In this document: positions 1 through 8,869 of the stretch, piece by piece
How the letters are laid out: the number at the start of each line of letters is the position of its first letter
Numbering within the stretch: the stretch's first letter is position 1
The notes under the pieces: model-generated
Database searches by the model: none
The model's input: only the letters and a program-made list of their open reading frames with translations
What the model was told of the DNA's origin: nothing
Source of the DNA: a virus
Taxonomy: Duplodnaviria > Caudoviricetes
Strand: one strand, 5' to 3'
IMG/VR virus record: IMGVR_UViG_2513237100_000001
Location: 22,043 to 86,042 of that record
DNA length: 64,000 nucleotides
Program-made: the position numbers and the translations under genes

Positions 1-1
1 C

Positions 2-343
2 GAGGAGTCGGAGTTGGGTGGCGTAGGCGGGGGATGAGGGGCGAAGGTCGAGGCGTCTGGCCTGCGGGTCGAAGTGGGCGGGCTCGACGCGGCCGACGTA
101 CTGGGGGCACAGCTCGGGCCACTGCTCAAGAAGGTCGCCGCCTTGGACGCCGACTTGCCAGCCGAGTTCCCCGGACACTGCGGCGAGGACACTGCCGAGG
201 CCGGCGGGCTCGCGGCGCTCCCCGCGGGCAGGCCTGCGGGTGCGCACCTTGGGGGCGGCGCTGGGCTTGGTTTTGGATGCGGCGCGGGCGGCTTGGAAGG
301 CGAGGCGGGCCAGGTCGGCACCGGACGCGGGCTGGTCGGTCAC
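2..343 (-). CDS. DciA/DUF721-family protein (helicase-loader-like), 3' end outside window
   Basis: Manual translation from GTG 343 (not in the ORF track): MTDQPASGADLARLAFQAARAA...EPAGLGSVLAAVSGELGWQVGVQGGDLLEQWPELCPQYVGRVEPAHFDPQARRLDLRPSSPAYATQLRLL. Resembles the actinobacterial DUF721 pattern; GTGA overlap with the upstream gene. Confidence 0.75.
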   Translation of the reverse strand, partial: MTDQPASGADLARLAFQAARAASKTKPSAAPKVRTRRPARGERREPAGLGSVLAAVSGELGWQVGVQGGDLLEQWPELCPQYVGRVEPAHFDPQARRLDLRPSSPAYATQLRLL

Positions 344-723
344 GGCTGCACCTCGGGCATGGCGAAGTAGTCCTCGGAGGTGACCCACACGCCGTCCGTC
401 CGCATGGCCATCTCGCCAGATGTCAGGTCGTTGGCAAGGAACCTGGCCAGCTCTCCGGGGCTCAGGGGTGGCTCGCCGTCCGCGGTGAAGGAGGCGTTGA
501 GGTGGTCGCGCATCTGGTCGTAGGTGAGCTGCCGTACCTGCCCATCGGAGCACAGCATGGGCAGGTGACCTACGGCGAGCGCCTGCTTGAGTGCCTCCAG
601 GGTGGCCGGGAAGGCAGCGATCTCCGGGGAGGTGGGGCGGGTGCTTCGTGCGGCATGAGCCTTGGCCTGTCGCTGGACCTTGGCGGCCCTGCTGCTGGTG
701 TTGCGCTTCTTCTTGCTGCTCAT
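340..723 (-). CDS. hypothetical protein
   Basis: ORF with GGAG RBS, operonic between rep and the DciA-like gene. Confidence 0.7.
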   Translation of the reverse strand: MSSKKKRNTSSRAAKVQRQAKAHAARSTRPTSPEIAAFPATLEALKQALAVGHLPMLCSDGQVRQLTYDQMRDHLNASFTADGEPPLSPGELARFLANDLTSGEMAMRTDGVWVTSEDYFAMPEVQP

Positions 724-735
724 GGTGGTCTCCGG

Positions 736-2136
736 TCAGAAGGCGTTGGCGAGAGTGGGTTCGGGGTTGAGGCGCAGCAGTACGAGGGCCTGGTTGACGA
801 GGTGGTGGGTGAGAAGCTGGCGGGCGCCCTGCTCGCCAAGCTCGGCAATGAAGCTGCGGACGAACGTCGGGTCCTGGGAGGCCAGCTTTCGCTGCTCCAG
901 GACTTCCTCCCGAGTGAGGGAGTGCAGGTCGATGACGCCTTCGGGGTGCACGGTTTCGGTCTGCTCGGCCGCCCAGTCGTTCTGCCCCGGGCAGAACGTG
1001 TCGGTGATGGCCTGGCGGGCGGCGAACGCAGTGTCGGTGTCGGCGGCGTCCTCGATGGCGGGCTGGTCGTATCCGGCGTGCCGGAACTTCTCCTGCGCCC
1101 GGGAGTCTTCCCATGCGGTGAACATCAGGTGCCGGGACCGGGGTGATGCGTACAGGCGGTGGACGCCCTTGAGGCGGTGGGCGAGGAGTCCGGAGGGGCG
1201 GCGGGTGTCGGCCGGGTTGATGGGGTTGTTCTCTTCGGCGGCGGCCTGAACTTCCTGCCATGTCCATCCGGTGTCGGCGCAGTGGCGGGCGATCCACGCG
1301 ATGCGGGGTGTGGATGCTTTCGAGAGCCACGGCACGTTGGTGATGAGTTCGTGGGCGAGCTGGTAGCGGCGGCCGACGTGGTTGAGCTTCCGGGGCCTGC
1401 TGGTGGTGTTCTTCGGGGTGGGGTGAGTGTGGCTCCCGCTGGCGAGTTTTGCCTCAGAGGGGGGGATAGAACTACCGGTGGAGGAAGACTCAGTAGAACC
1501 ACCCTCCATTAGGGTGCAACGGCTGTTCCCGGAAACGGGGGTCCTGCGGCGGGGGCGGCGGACCTTTCGGGCAGCCTTGCGGGCGAGCTTCCCGAGAGTC
1601 TTGCGGTGCTCGTCTGCGGCGCCGACAGGGCGCCGTTGCACCCCTTCGCCAGTGGTGCGGATGCCGAGGGCGTCGTCGAAGACGGTGGGGATGACCCGCT
1701 CGTACACGGAGGCTTCGTCGCGGCCCTGGGTGACGCGGCCGCCCTTGGACCGGTAGGCGAGGAGGCCGGCCTCCCGGAGCATGCTCAGGTGGTACTCGAC
1801 GGTCCGCTCGGAGCACTTGGTTTTGCGGGCGAGGTAGGCGATGCCGGGCCGGCATGTCTTGAGGTTGGCGCATTCCTGGGCGATGAGGAGGGTGGTGTGG
1901 TTCATGCGGCGCGGCCCGTGGGTGCGGGTGGGGGTGTAGAGGCCGCTGCTGTGGACCCAGTGGACGGCGGTCATCCAGGTGTGTCCGTCGAGGGCGATGC
2001 GGCCTTCGGTGGTGGTGAGCCACTGGCACGCGGGGGCGACGTAGAGGCACTGGGTGCCCTGTTCGGCGGCAGACTTTTGCCGCGAATCCGGCGTCTGGGC
2101 GTGCTCAAGCTGACAAGCGGTGTTCGGGTACGGCAC
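736..2136 (-). CDS. helix-turn-helix replication-initiator-like protein (start uncertain)
   Basis: HTH segment PGIAYLARKTKCSERTVEYHLSMLREAGLL, low-complexity linker, lies upstream of the DciA-like gene. Confidence 0.6.
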   Translation of the reverse strand: MPYPNTACQLEHAQTPDSRQKSAAEQGTQCLYVAPACQWLTTTEGRIALDGHTWMTAVHWVHSSGLYTPTRTHGPRRMNHTTLLIAQECANLKTCRPGIAYLARKTKCSERTVEYHLSMLREAGLLAYRSKGGRVTQGRDEASVYERVIPTVFDDALGIRTTGEGVQRRPVGAADEHRKTLGKLARKAARKVRRPRRRTPVSGNSRCTLMEGGSTESSSTGSSIPPSEAKLASGSHTHPTPKNTTSRPRKLNHVGRRYQLAHELITNVPWLSKASTPRIAWIARHCADTGWTWQEVQAAAEENNPINPADTRRPSGLLAHRLKGVHRLYASPRSRHLMFTAWEDSRAQEKFRHAGYDQPAIEDAADTDTAFAARQAITDTFCPGQNDWAAEQTETVHPEGVIDLHSLTREEVLEQRKLASQDPTFVRSFIAELGEQGARQLLTHHLVNQALVLLRLNPEPTLANAF

Positions 2137-2232
2137 TATGGACCTCGTTCCGGAGTACGGCCCGGGACACCAAAAGGCCCCAGGTGGGTCTTGGTTCGTG
2201 GAGAACCTGAAAGTCGCTCGACCTGCTCGGCC

Positions 2233-2359
2233 CCGGTCGCCAAACCGGATCCGTAAGTCGGGCCTTAGCTCGGTCGCCAAACCGAGCCGTAGGAAGTGGC
2301 CGCGCACGATGCGCCAACATCAGCGGCCAGCGGTAGAGGAAGTGCCCCCGCCAAGGGGC
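2233..2359 (-). promoter_or_regulatory. array of four stem-loops with CGCCAA/UUGGCG loops in the rep leader
   Basis: CGCCAA at 2238, 2275, 2312 and 2349, each closed by a different complementary stem. Confidence 0.7.
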
Positions 2360-2384
2360 CCAGGACCTCCCACTCAGAACGTCG

Positions 2385-2621
2385 CTACGTCACCTGATCT
2401 CCCTTGCTGGGTTCGGTCTGCCCCTGCGCCTGGTCGGCGCGGGAAGTCTGGGTGATCTGCCGGACCGTCTGGCACGGCCACCATTCGCCGTCCATGCCGC
2501 ATGTTGGGTAGGTGTAGGGCACGCCTTCGATGTCCTCGTCGAACGGCTGGTGCGGCATGCCCTCAGCGTCGATGTACGGGGGCTCGTTCTCGGCCTGGCC
2601 GGTCGCACGGGCAGCGCTCAT
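2385..2621 (-). CDS. hypothetical protein
   Basis: MSAARATGQAENEPPYID...; ATGA coupling with GGAGG RBS. Confidence 0.6.
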   Translation of the reverse strand: MSAARATGQAENEPPYIDAEGMPHQPFDEDIEGVPYTYPTCGMDGEWWPCQTVRQITQTSRADQAQGQTEPSKGDQVT

Positions 2622-2999
2622 CGCTCGCCCTCCGTCCCGCTGGTGCCGGGGCACTGGAAGAGGACGTCCATGCGCATGAACGTGTGCGAGGAGTGCCGCT
2701 CCGCGTACCCGCAGAGGGGCGACTTGGCTTCGGTCCCGTTGATGACGCGGGCGACACGACAAGCGGTCTCCCAGATGCCGTAGCCGGGCTCGTTGTCGCG
2801 GTACGGGGCCAGCCACGCTAGGGCGTTCGCCGTCTCGTCCAGCAAGTCCGCCACCGGATCGGCCAAGCCCTTCAGCTTGCCGTCCAGGTGCGGGGCTGCG
2901 GCGCGCAGGGTGTCGGCAGCTTGCTGGAGTTCCGCTGCGGTGGGCCAGGTGGTGCGGCGGCGCGCTTCGAGGTTGTCGCTCATCGCTCGCCCTCCGTCC
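2615..2999 (+). repeat. 23-bp direct repeat pair flanking one gene
   Basis: CGCTCATCGCTCGCCCTCCGTCC at 2615-2637 and 2977-2999. Confidence 0.9.
2618..2983 (-). CDS. hypothetical protein
   Basis: MSDNLEARRRTTWPT...TEGER; ATGA coupling at both ends. Confidence 0.7.
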   Translation of the reverse strand: MSDNLEARRRTTWPTAAELQQAADTLRAAAPHLDGKLKGLADPVADLLDETANALAWLAPYRDNEPGYGIWETACRVARVINGTEAKSPLCGYAERHSSHTFMRMDVLFQCPGTSGTEGER

Positions 3000-3438
3000 A
3001 GCCGTAGCACTCCGCGAGCGCGACGACGGTCGGGCAGGGGTGCGGGGTAGCGGTCCGGAAGGACACCGAGTTTCCCTCGCTGTCCTCTTCCGACTCCTCG
3101 GGGCGGGCGCAGGTGATGCATCCGCCCATGCCGTCCGGCTGGTGCTCCGCGATGAGCTTGCGGTCGGCGGCGCAACGGCGCAGGACCGAGGCGGGGTCAT
3201 GCAGGGCGATGTGTACCGACTGCGGCTTAGTCGGGTATCCCTCGTCGTAGACGACTGTCCTGTCGCGCTCGTCGCTGACGCCAGCTCCGCTGGTCTCGCC
3301 TTCTTCGATTTCGTCGTCCGGGCACCAACCACTGTGCCAGCGGCCGTCTCCGCCGTCGCAAGCTTCTTGGGCGACTCGCTCATGCTCGGCGATGGCAGTG
3401 TTCAGGAAGGCGAGGATGGCCTCGCCCTGGGTGGTCAT
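2980..3438 (-). CDS. DUF6221-like phage protein
   Basis: ILAFLNTAIAEHERVA...HIALHDPASVLRRCAADRKLI...PCPTVVALAECYG pattern. Confidence 0.65.
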   Translation of the reverse strand: MTTQGEAILAFLNTAIAEHERVAQEACDGGDGRWHSGWCPDDEIEEGETSGAGVSDERDRTVVYDEGYPTKPQSVHIALHDPASVLRRCAADRKLIAEHQPDGMGGCITCARPEESEEDSEGNSVSFRTATPHPCPTVVALAECYGWTEGER

Positions 3439-3827
3439 GCGCTTGTGCGGGTAGTGGTGACAGGGCCTGCGTGCGTCGGCGGTGTGATCATCTCGCCGGA
3501 AACGCTAGGCCTACTGTCTGCGGGGATGAGTCCCCGGGTACTCTTCTGCATGTCGACACCTTGACCTTGTCTTTGGGGTGTTGGCCGGCCGCCGAAGTCT
3601 GTTGGGACTGTCTGCGGCACCGGCTCCGCGTCGATCCCGGTTACCAGCCGGGGGAGCGGAGCCGTTCTATTTGCTGTTGTGCCCCAGAAACCTGAGTGGT
3701 CGTCTGGCGCATAGCACAGCCTACTCGTTGCGGACACTACTTGTCCCCCTCCAGCCGATCGTGTTGTTCATCCGACAAGTCATCACATCCAACGACACCG
3801 GCAACCTGTGCGCCGTGGACCCGTGCC

Positions 3828-3861
3828 GTCCTATAGTTTTGCGACTTTAATAACGTGATCA
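3828..3861 (+). repeat. 34-bp inverted repeat, left copy (candidate recombination site)
   Basis: GTCCTATAGTTTTGCGACTTTAATAACGTGATCA, the exact reverse complement of 15894-15927. Confidence 0.9.
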
Positions 3862-3883
3862 AGCAAGGCTGGCCCGGCACCCC

Positions 3884-4312
3884 TCAAGACGCCCTGGCCA
3901 GCAAAAAGGCGGGAAGAGACTCGCCAACCCCGGGCCCTTCCACCCGGATCGGGTGCACGTCCGCCGGGCCCTGATTGCCCGGCGGGTCCTCGGCGGCGCG
4001 ACGCCCCGCCCTGGCTGTGGTGGCCGCCCGTGTGCACTTCGGGCAGCGGCACTTCAGCATGTTGTACCGGTACTCGTCGTGCGGGATGCCCTCCTGCCGC
4101 ACCTTCGCCCCCACCTCCCGGGCCTCGACCAGGGCGGCCGCGAACTTCCGATCCGTACGGGCATGCCGGGTAGGTACGGCCCGGTTGATCCCAGCGTGCT
4201 CGGCGGCCTCCCCCAGGCGCATGCCGTGCCGGACCGCGTCAAGGAACGCCTGACGTGTCGGCTCGTCGAACACGGTCGGCCGGCCCCGGCGGGGGGTGTG
4301 GGGTTGGGTCAC
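3884..4312 (-). CDS. HTH DNA-binding protein with C-terminal Cys motif
   Basis: GRPTVFDEPTRQAFLDAVRHGMRLGEAAEHAGINR; CRCPKC. Confidence 0.6.
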   Translation of the reverse strand: MTQPHTPRRGRPTVFDEPTRQAFLDAVRHGMRLGEAAEHAGINRAVPTRHARTDRKFAAALVEAREVGAKVRQEGIPHDEYRYNMLKCRCPKCTRAATTARAGRRAAEDPPGNQGPADVHPIRVEGPGVGESLPAFLLARAS

Positions 4313-4722
4313 GGGTGCCCTCCATCCCGCACCGGGCCTCGGGTGAGGGCTTCGGTGTCGGCAGGATGCTGGGGCGGGTGAACGCGTGCCGATCTACCGG
4401 CCATGCGTCCCATCGCCACGAACCCGGCCTCGTCCAGGGCGGCACGCAGCCGGTGCAGGGCGTCCGGGGTCCAGGTGGGGCGTGCCGCGGCTTTTCCCGC
4501 CTGGTAGCCGACGGCCAACGCCGCCTCCCACACCGCCCGCACCACAACCGGGTCCGCATCAGGGAAGAGCAACTCCGGGAGCTTGCCGGGGCGGCTGGTG
4601 GCTTTGAGCATGCCGTGGGCGATCAGGCCGGCGAGGTAGTCCCCGGAGGACTGGCACCGGTCGGCGAGCACCTGGTCGGTGTCGGCGGCCGCAGACGGCT
4701 GCGGAATGGGGGTGGTGGTCAT
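4309..4722 (-). CDS. hypothetical protein
   Basis: MTTTPIPQPSAAADTDQVLADRCQ...; coupled to neighbours. Confidence 0.6.
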   Translation of the reverse strand: MTTTPIPQPSAAADTDQVLADRCQSSGDYLAGLIAHGMLKATSRPGKLPELLFPDADPVVVRAVWEAALAVGYQAGKAAARPTWTPDALHRLRAALDEAGFVAMGRMAGRSARVHPPQHPADTEALTRGPVRDGGHP

Positions 4723-5741
4723 GCGGCAGGCTCCAGAACAGTCGGGATACGGCGAGAGCGTGAAGTGCGGGAAGAGTGGGCCGGTCCCGCGACGATGGCG
4801 GGGGCGGCGGCCGTCGAGGACACGGCCAGTACAACCGAGGTGTCGCCGGTGACCGTGACAGCCAGCAGCAGTTGCTCGTACGCGGCACGAAGCCGGGCCC
4901 GGAACCCTCGGCGCGGCGGAACCGTGGCAGGAAGCACAGGCACGGGGCGGCCGGCCAGGCGGCGGGGGCCGCGCGGCATGTCCTCCATACCCGGCAGCAC
5001 CAACTGGGGGCCCACCGTGCGGGTCGGTGGGGCGATACGGCGCTGCCGCACCCCGTCCACCGTCGGGGCCGCCGCGTACGGCATCGGCCCGTCCGGGCGG
5101 ATCCGCATCGACCGGGGCAGCAGCCCGTGCTCGACCGCGGCGGCGAGCAGTTGGTCGCGGGTTGCTCGTTCCCGGTCCAAGCCGAGCATGCCGACGAGCG
5201 CGGACCGGTGCCAGTTCGCGGTCCGTAGGTCCATGCTCGCCCGGTAGGCGACCGCCTCCGGGTCGGTGTTGCGGGCCAGGGCGGCGAGGACGGCCCGCTT
5301 CTGCGGTGTGCGGGCATCGTCCAAGCTCCGCACCGTGGGCGTCGCTTCGGTGGCCGCCGTGCCCGTGCCGACCGTCGCAGCATGCCGGCGGGCGATCAGT
5401 GCCCGGTGCCTGGCGAGAGCCAACTCCCCACCCATCACGCCTTCCGGCTCGACAAGGTGCTCGACACCAGCCTCGTCCAGCGTCGTGGTGTTCGCGTACG
5501 TACGGCAGGCGGCCAGGACAGGGCACCGCTTGCAGATCGCCAGGGCGGCACGCTCCCGGGCCCGGCGAACCCGCTGCGGCTCCGCACCGTCATCCGTGTA
5601 CGGGCCCCACGCGTCGATCGGCACACCCGGGTCCGCGGCCGACACCCGCGGGTCGTCCGGGTCGCCGGCGCAGCCCCGGTACTTGTAGTGCCGGTCATCG
5701 ACCAGGTGTTGCCGGGCGGTGATCGCGTCCATGGTGGTCAT
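4719..5741 (-). CDS. WhiB-like (Wbl) Fe-S transcription factor with C-terminal extension
   Basis: YRGCA...AALAICKRCPVLAACRTYA...EPEGVMGG (WhiB Cys pattern plus a GVWGG-like turn). Confidence 0.75.
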   Translation of the reverse strand: MTTMDAITARQHLVDDRHYKYRGCAGDPDDPRVSAADPGVPIDAWGPYTDDGAEPQRVRRARERAALAICKRCPVLAACRTYANTTTLDEAGVEHLVEPEGVMGGELALARHRALIARRHAATVGTGTAATEATPTVRSLDDARTPQKRAVLAALARNTDPEAVAYRASMDLRTANWHRSALVGMLGLDRERATRDQLLAAAVEHGLLPRSMRIRPDGPMPYAAAPTVDGVRQRRIAPPTRTVGPQLVLPGMEDMPRGPRRLAGRPVPVLPATVPPRRGFRARLRAAYEQLLLAVTVTGDTSVVLAVSSTAAAPAIVAGPAHSSRTSRSRRIPTVLEPAA

Positions 5742-6034
5742 GCGGGGTCCCCCTCGTGCGGGTGGTGCGGGTAGTGCGGTGTGCGGGCCAGTTCCGCGGT
5801 GACAATCCGGTCGGCCTCCGCGAGTACCTGGCCTTCGAGCTCGGCCGCCCGGTGCTCGGCAACCAGACCAGCAATCCGGGCTTGGAACGCGTCCATGTCC
5901 CGGTGGTCCGCGGCCCGCGTCAGGCGGACCGCGGCACGCTCCATACGGATCAGGTGCCGCAACTGGCGGACCCTCCACCAAGCGGCGGCCGCCAGGGTCA
6001 GGGCGCACGTGGCGCCCAGCAGAATCAGGTACAT
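5738..6034 (-). CDS. small membrane-anchored protein
   Basis: MYLILLGATCALTLAAAAWW; GGAGG RBS. Confidence 0.6.
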   Translation of the reverse strand: MYLILLGATCALTLAAAAWWRVRQLRHLIRMERAAVRLTRAADHRDMDAFQARIAGLVAEHRAAELEGQVLAEADRIVTAELARTPHYPHHPHEGDPA

Positions 6035-6078
6035 CGGTGTCGCCTCCTCCATGTCGGGGCGCCGAAACGGGCGTGTGG

Positions 6079-6225
6079 TCACCGGCGGGGGTGCCGGTCG
6101 GGCCGGTAGCGGGCGTACTCCTCGGGCAGCGGCGGCATACGGCCCGCCGCGTGCCGCCACCACGCCACCGCGAACGGGGCGGCCAGCAGCAGGAACACGA
6201 CGACCAGAACTACGGCGACGGCCAC
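6079..6225 (-). CDS. small membrane protein
   Basis: AAGGAGG RBS then VAVAVVLVVVFLLLAAPFAVAWW. Confidence 0.55.
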   Translation of the reverse strand: MAVAVVLVVVFLLLAAPFAVAWWRHAAGRMPPLPEEYARYRPDRHPRR

Positions 6226-6304
6226 CAGGGCCTCCTTCGCGGTGCGGGGAACAGAACGGCCGGCCCCGGGACGGGACCGGCCGGTGGTGCAGCGGGTGTG
6301 CGAG

Positions 6305-6898
6305 TCAGGCGATGTGTGTCCAGCCGTGCCCGTTGACAATGCGAGAGACGGTTGGGCGACTTATGCCGTACTCAGCGGCCAGCACTCGCTGGAGCTCGCC
6401 AGCCGCGGCGCGGGCCCGGATCTGCAACACCTGAGCGACCGTGAGGCGAGCCTGCCCGTTAACTTCCCCGGTGTTCCCTCGCCCCTTGGCGTCCCGGTCG
6501 GCGGCGTTGTCTGCCTTGGTCCCCAGAAACAGATGGGACGGGTTCACGCATGGCGGGTTGTCGCAGCGGTGCAGCACGCAAAGCCCCTCCGGGGCCCGGC
6601 CGTCGAGAAGGACAGAGACCCGGTGCGCTTTGATCGTTGGGCCGGTCCGCTGACCCTCGGGGCGCATCACGCCGTACCCGTGCTCGTTCAGGGCTGCGGT
6701 CCACTCCCAGCACTCGTCAGGGCTCCGCTTGTCGACCTTCGCCCAGAAGCGATCGGCCAGGGTCTGTTTGGCGGGGGCGTCCGTAGTGCCGGTGCGCTTG
6801 AGCCTGCCCAGGTGCATTTCGCATAGCCCGCGCCCCTTATGGGGGCGGGAGCAGCCGTCAAGGCTACACAGGCGGGGCGTGTTGTACTTCGCTGGCAT
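6305..6898 (-). CDS. HNH endonuclease (HNH_3, homing-type)
   Basis: RFWAKVDK...CWEW...GYG...AHRVS...VLHRCDNPPCVNPSHLFLGTKADN. Confidence 0.9.
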   Translation of the reverse strand: MPAKYNTPRLCSLDGCSRPHKGRGLCEMHLGRLKRTGTTDAPAKQTLADRFWAKVDKRSPDECWEWTAALNEHGYGVMRPEGQRTGPTIKAHRVSVLLDGRAPEGLCVLHRCDNPPCVNPSHLFLGTKADNAADRDAKGRGNTGEVNGQARLTVAQVLQIRARAAAGELQRVLAAEYGISRPTVSRIVNGHGWTHIA

Positions 6899-7782
6899 CA
6901 GGCAGCGCCCCTCTCGGTGTTGTGGCCGTTCGCGGTGGCCTGGTTCAGGAAGGTGATCTGCTCGTTCAGCAGGGTGCGCAGCGTCTGGCGGCCGTTCGGA
7001 CCGTCGACTTCCTCGTCGGCGACCTTGTGCTTCTCGGCGTCCGCGAGGACCTGGGAGAGGGCGATGGCGTTGGCCCAGCAGGTCTTCGCCTGGCCGACGA
7101 GCCGGCCAACGTGGCTGCCAGGCCCAGTGTCGGGCTTCGAAGGCTTCTGCCGTGCTGGTGCGGTCGTGGGCGCATCCTCGGTGTCCAGAGACGCACCCCC
7201 GGACTCCACGATCTCCAGGTCCGACGACGTCCACAGGTCCAGAGCCATCCCGAAGCGCATCCCCGCGTTCCGGATCGCGTCGCCGATGACCTCCTTCACC
7301 GCGTCGCCACCCGTCTTGTCGCCGGCGTGCCCGTACCCCAGCCGGGACATGCCGCACACTGTCAGGCGGATCCACAGACCGCGGTACCCGTCGACCTGCG
7401 GCAGCCCCCGCTCGTCGACCGTCAGGGGCTCCCAGTCCCAGAACGGGTCCACGTTCAGGAGGCGGTTCGTCGCTTCGGCGTGGCCGACGAACTTGAGGTC
7501 GATGTGCCCGTTCCTCGGCATGCGCTGCTTGCACTTGTCGCACGGGCCGTAGGTGTGCTGGTTGCAGCCCTTACCGCGAGAGTCCTTGCATGCCCTGCAC
7601 CACACGCGCGGCAGGTACCGGACTTCGGCGGGGAGGAACGGCTCACGGAGCTTGTGGAGAGCTTCGATCTGCTCGGCCCGGGTGTACCCGAAGGTGTTCG
7701 ACGGGCGGGTGTCGGCCTGGTTTTGGGTGTGCGTGGTGGGGCCCTCCGCCATGGTGGCGGGGGCCTCAGTGGTGGTAGCCAC
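6898..7782 (-). CDS. Rad52/Rad22 (Sak)-like single-strand annealing protein
   Basis: LREPF...FVGHAEATNRLLNVDP.WDWEP...LWIRLTVCGMSRLGYG...KEVIGDAIRNAGMRFGMALDLW, with a CxxC...CxxC insert. Confidence 0.8.
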   Translation of the reverse strand: MATTTEAPATMAEGPTTHTQNQADTRPSNTFGYTRAEQIEALHKLREPFLPAEVRYLPRVWCRACKDSRGKGCNQHTYGPCDKCKQRMPRNGHIDLKFVGHAEATNRLLNVDPFWDWEPLTVDERGLPQVDGYRGLWIRLTVCGMSRLGYGHAGDKTGGDAVKEVIGDAIRNAGMRFGMALDLWTSSDLEIVESGGASLDTEDAPTTAPARQKPSKPDTGPGSHVGRLVGQAKTCWANAIALSQVLADAEKHKVADEEVDGPNGRQTLRTLLNEQITFLNQATANGHNTERGAA

Positions 7783-7869
7783 GAGGTCTCTTTCCTCTAT
7801 GCGGTGGAAACGCTGTGCTGCGGGTGTGGGCCCTGTGTCGGCATTGCAGACCCCACACCCGCCGGGTGC

Positions 7870-8712
7870 CTACTCGGCGGTGCTCGGGTCGATGCCGTAC
7901 TCGGCCAGCAGGTACGCCAACCCGATCTGCATCGGCGTCAGCCCCTCCGCCTTGGCCTTGACCTCGTCGAACAGGTCATTGTTCGGGTTGACCTTCATCG
8001 GGACCATGTCCGCGTCCGCCGACCACACCGGGGCGGTCGCGGTGAACTCGCCGACGAGGAACCGGTCGAAGCCCGCCTCGATCTCCGTGGTCACGTTCTT
8101 CCCAGCGTCCGCGACCCGGGACCGGATCAGATCCCGGACGGGGCGCGGCACCTGTGGGGCGCGGGTCGCACCACTCGGCCGGACGGTGGTGTCCGCACCC
8201 GGGGCGTACGGGCCGGTCTCGTACGTGCGCATCAGCCAGTCCGCCGCCACGTGCATCGGCTTCACGCCGGTGTCCGCGACCCGCTGACGCAAGGCATCGT
8301 CGGGGCGGACGTTCAGATTTACCTTCTCCTCGCTGGTGCCGCGGCGGGCCCGCACCGGCGGGTTGGGGGTGAACGCCCCGGCGAGGTAGGCGGTGAACCC
8401 GTTGTTCACGTCGGCGGTCACCGTCCGGCCGGCCTGTTCGGCACCGGCGACGATGCGGTCCCGTGCGGTGACGGGGATGCGGATTGACAGGTTCTCGTCG
8501 ACGTTCAGGGCGTCACGCAGCTCGTACGTGGACAGGGTGAGGACCGTGTCGACGTGCTCGGCGAGGTCGGGTGAGTTGACTTCGCGGAGTCGGGCGGAGG
8601 CGGCGGTGAGTCCGGCACGCAGGTTGCGGCGGGTGGGCACGGGGCGGGGTCCTCTCGGGGGACGCCCGCTTGTGCGGTTGTTGGGCGGGCGCTTGTTGGG
8701 GGCGTTGGCCAC
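7870..8712 (-). CDS. putative regulator with internally duplicated ribbon-helix-helix-like units
   Basis: Two similar halves (LSIRIPVTARDRI...GFTAYLAGAF...VNLNVRPDDAL / APQVPRPVRDLI...GFDRFLVGEF...VPMKVNPNNDL); first gene of the leftward arm. Confidence 0.55.
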   Translation of the reverse strand: MANAPNKRPPNNRTSGRPPRGPRPVPTRRNLRAGLTAASARLREVNSPDLAEHVDTVLTLSTYELRDALNVDENLSIRIPVTARDRIVAGAEQAGRTVTADVNNGFTAYLAGAFTPNPPVRARRGTSEEKVNLNVRPDDALRQRVADTGVKPMHVAADWLMRTYETGPYAPGADTTVRPSGATRAPQVPRPVRDLIRSRVADAGKNVTTEIEAGFDRFLVGEFTATAPVWSADADMVPMKVNPNNDLFDEVKAKAEGLTPMQIGLAYLLAEYGIDPSTAE

Positions 8713-8728
8713 GCCAGGTTCCTCCAAT

Positions 8729-8837
8729 CGTATTGCAGACGCCCGGACGGTTAGTGGGTATCTGCGCCGGGGCTGTCCCGACACCCAGAACAATACCCGT
8801 TAACGTATTGCATAAGCAAGAGGGTTCATGGCATGGT
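8729..8837. promoter_or_regulatory. divergent promoter/operator region
   Basis: CAATAC-N8-GTATTG dyad at 8791-8810; CGTATTGCA at 8729 and 8804; possible TTGCAT-N18-CATGGT promoter. Confidence 0.5.
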
Positions 8838-8869
8838 GTTCCCAACGCCAAGACGACGCGGGGGACACG

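Noticed and set aside
2233-2359. CRISPR mini-array or tRNA
   Set aside because: Only the 6-nt loop repeats, the period is too short for repeat plus spacer, and there is no cloverleaf.
3435-3737. 100-aa ORF or ncRNA next to the left inverted repeat
   Set aside because: No RBS, atypical codons and no clear structure; left unassigned.
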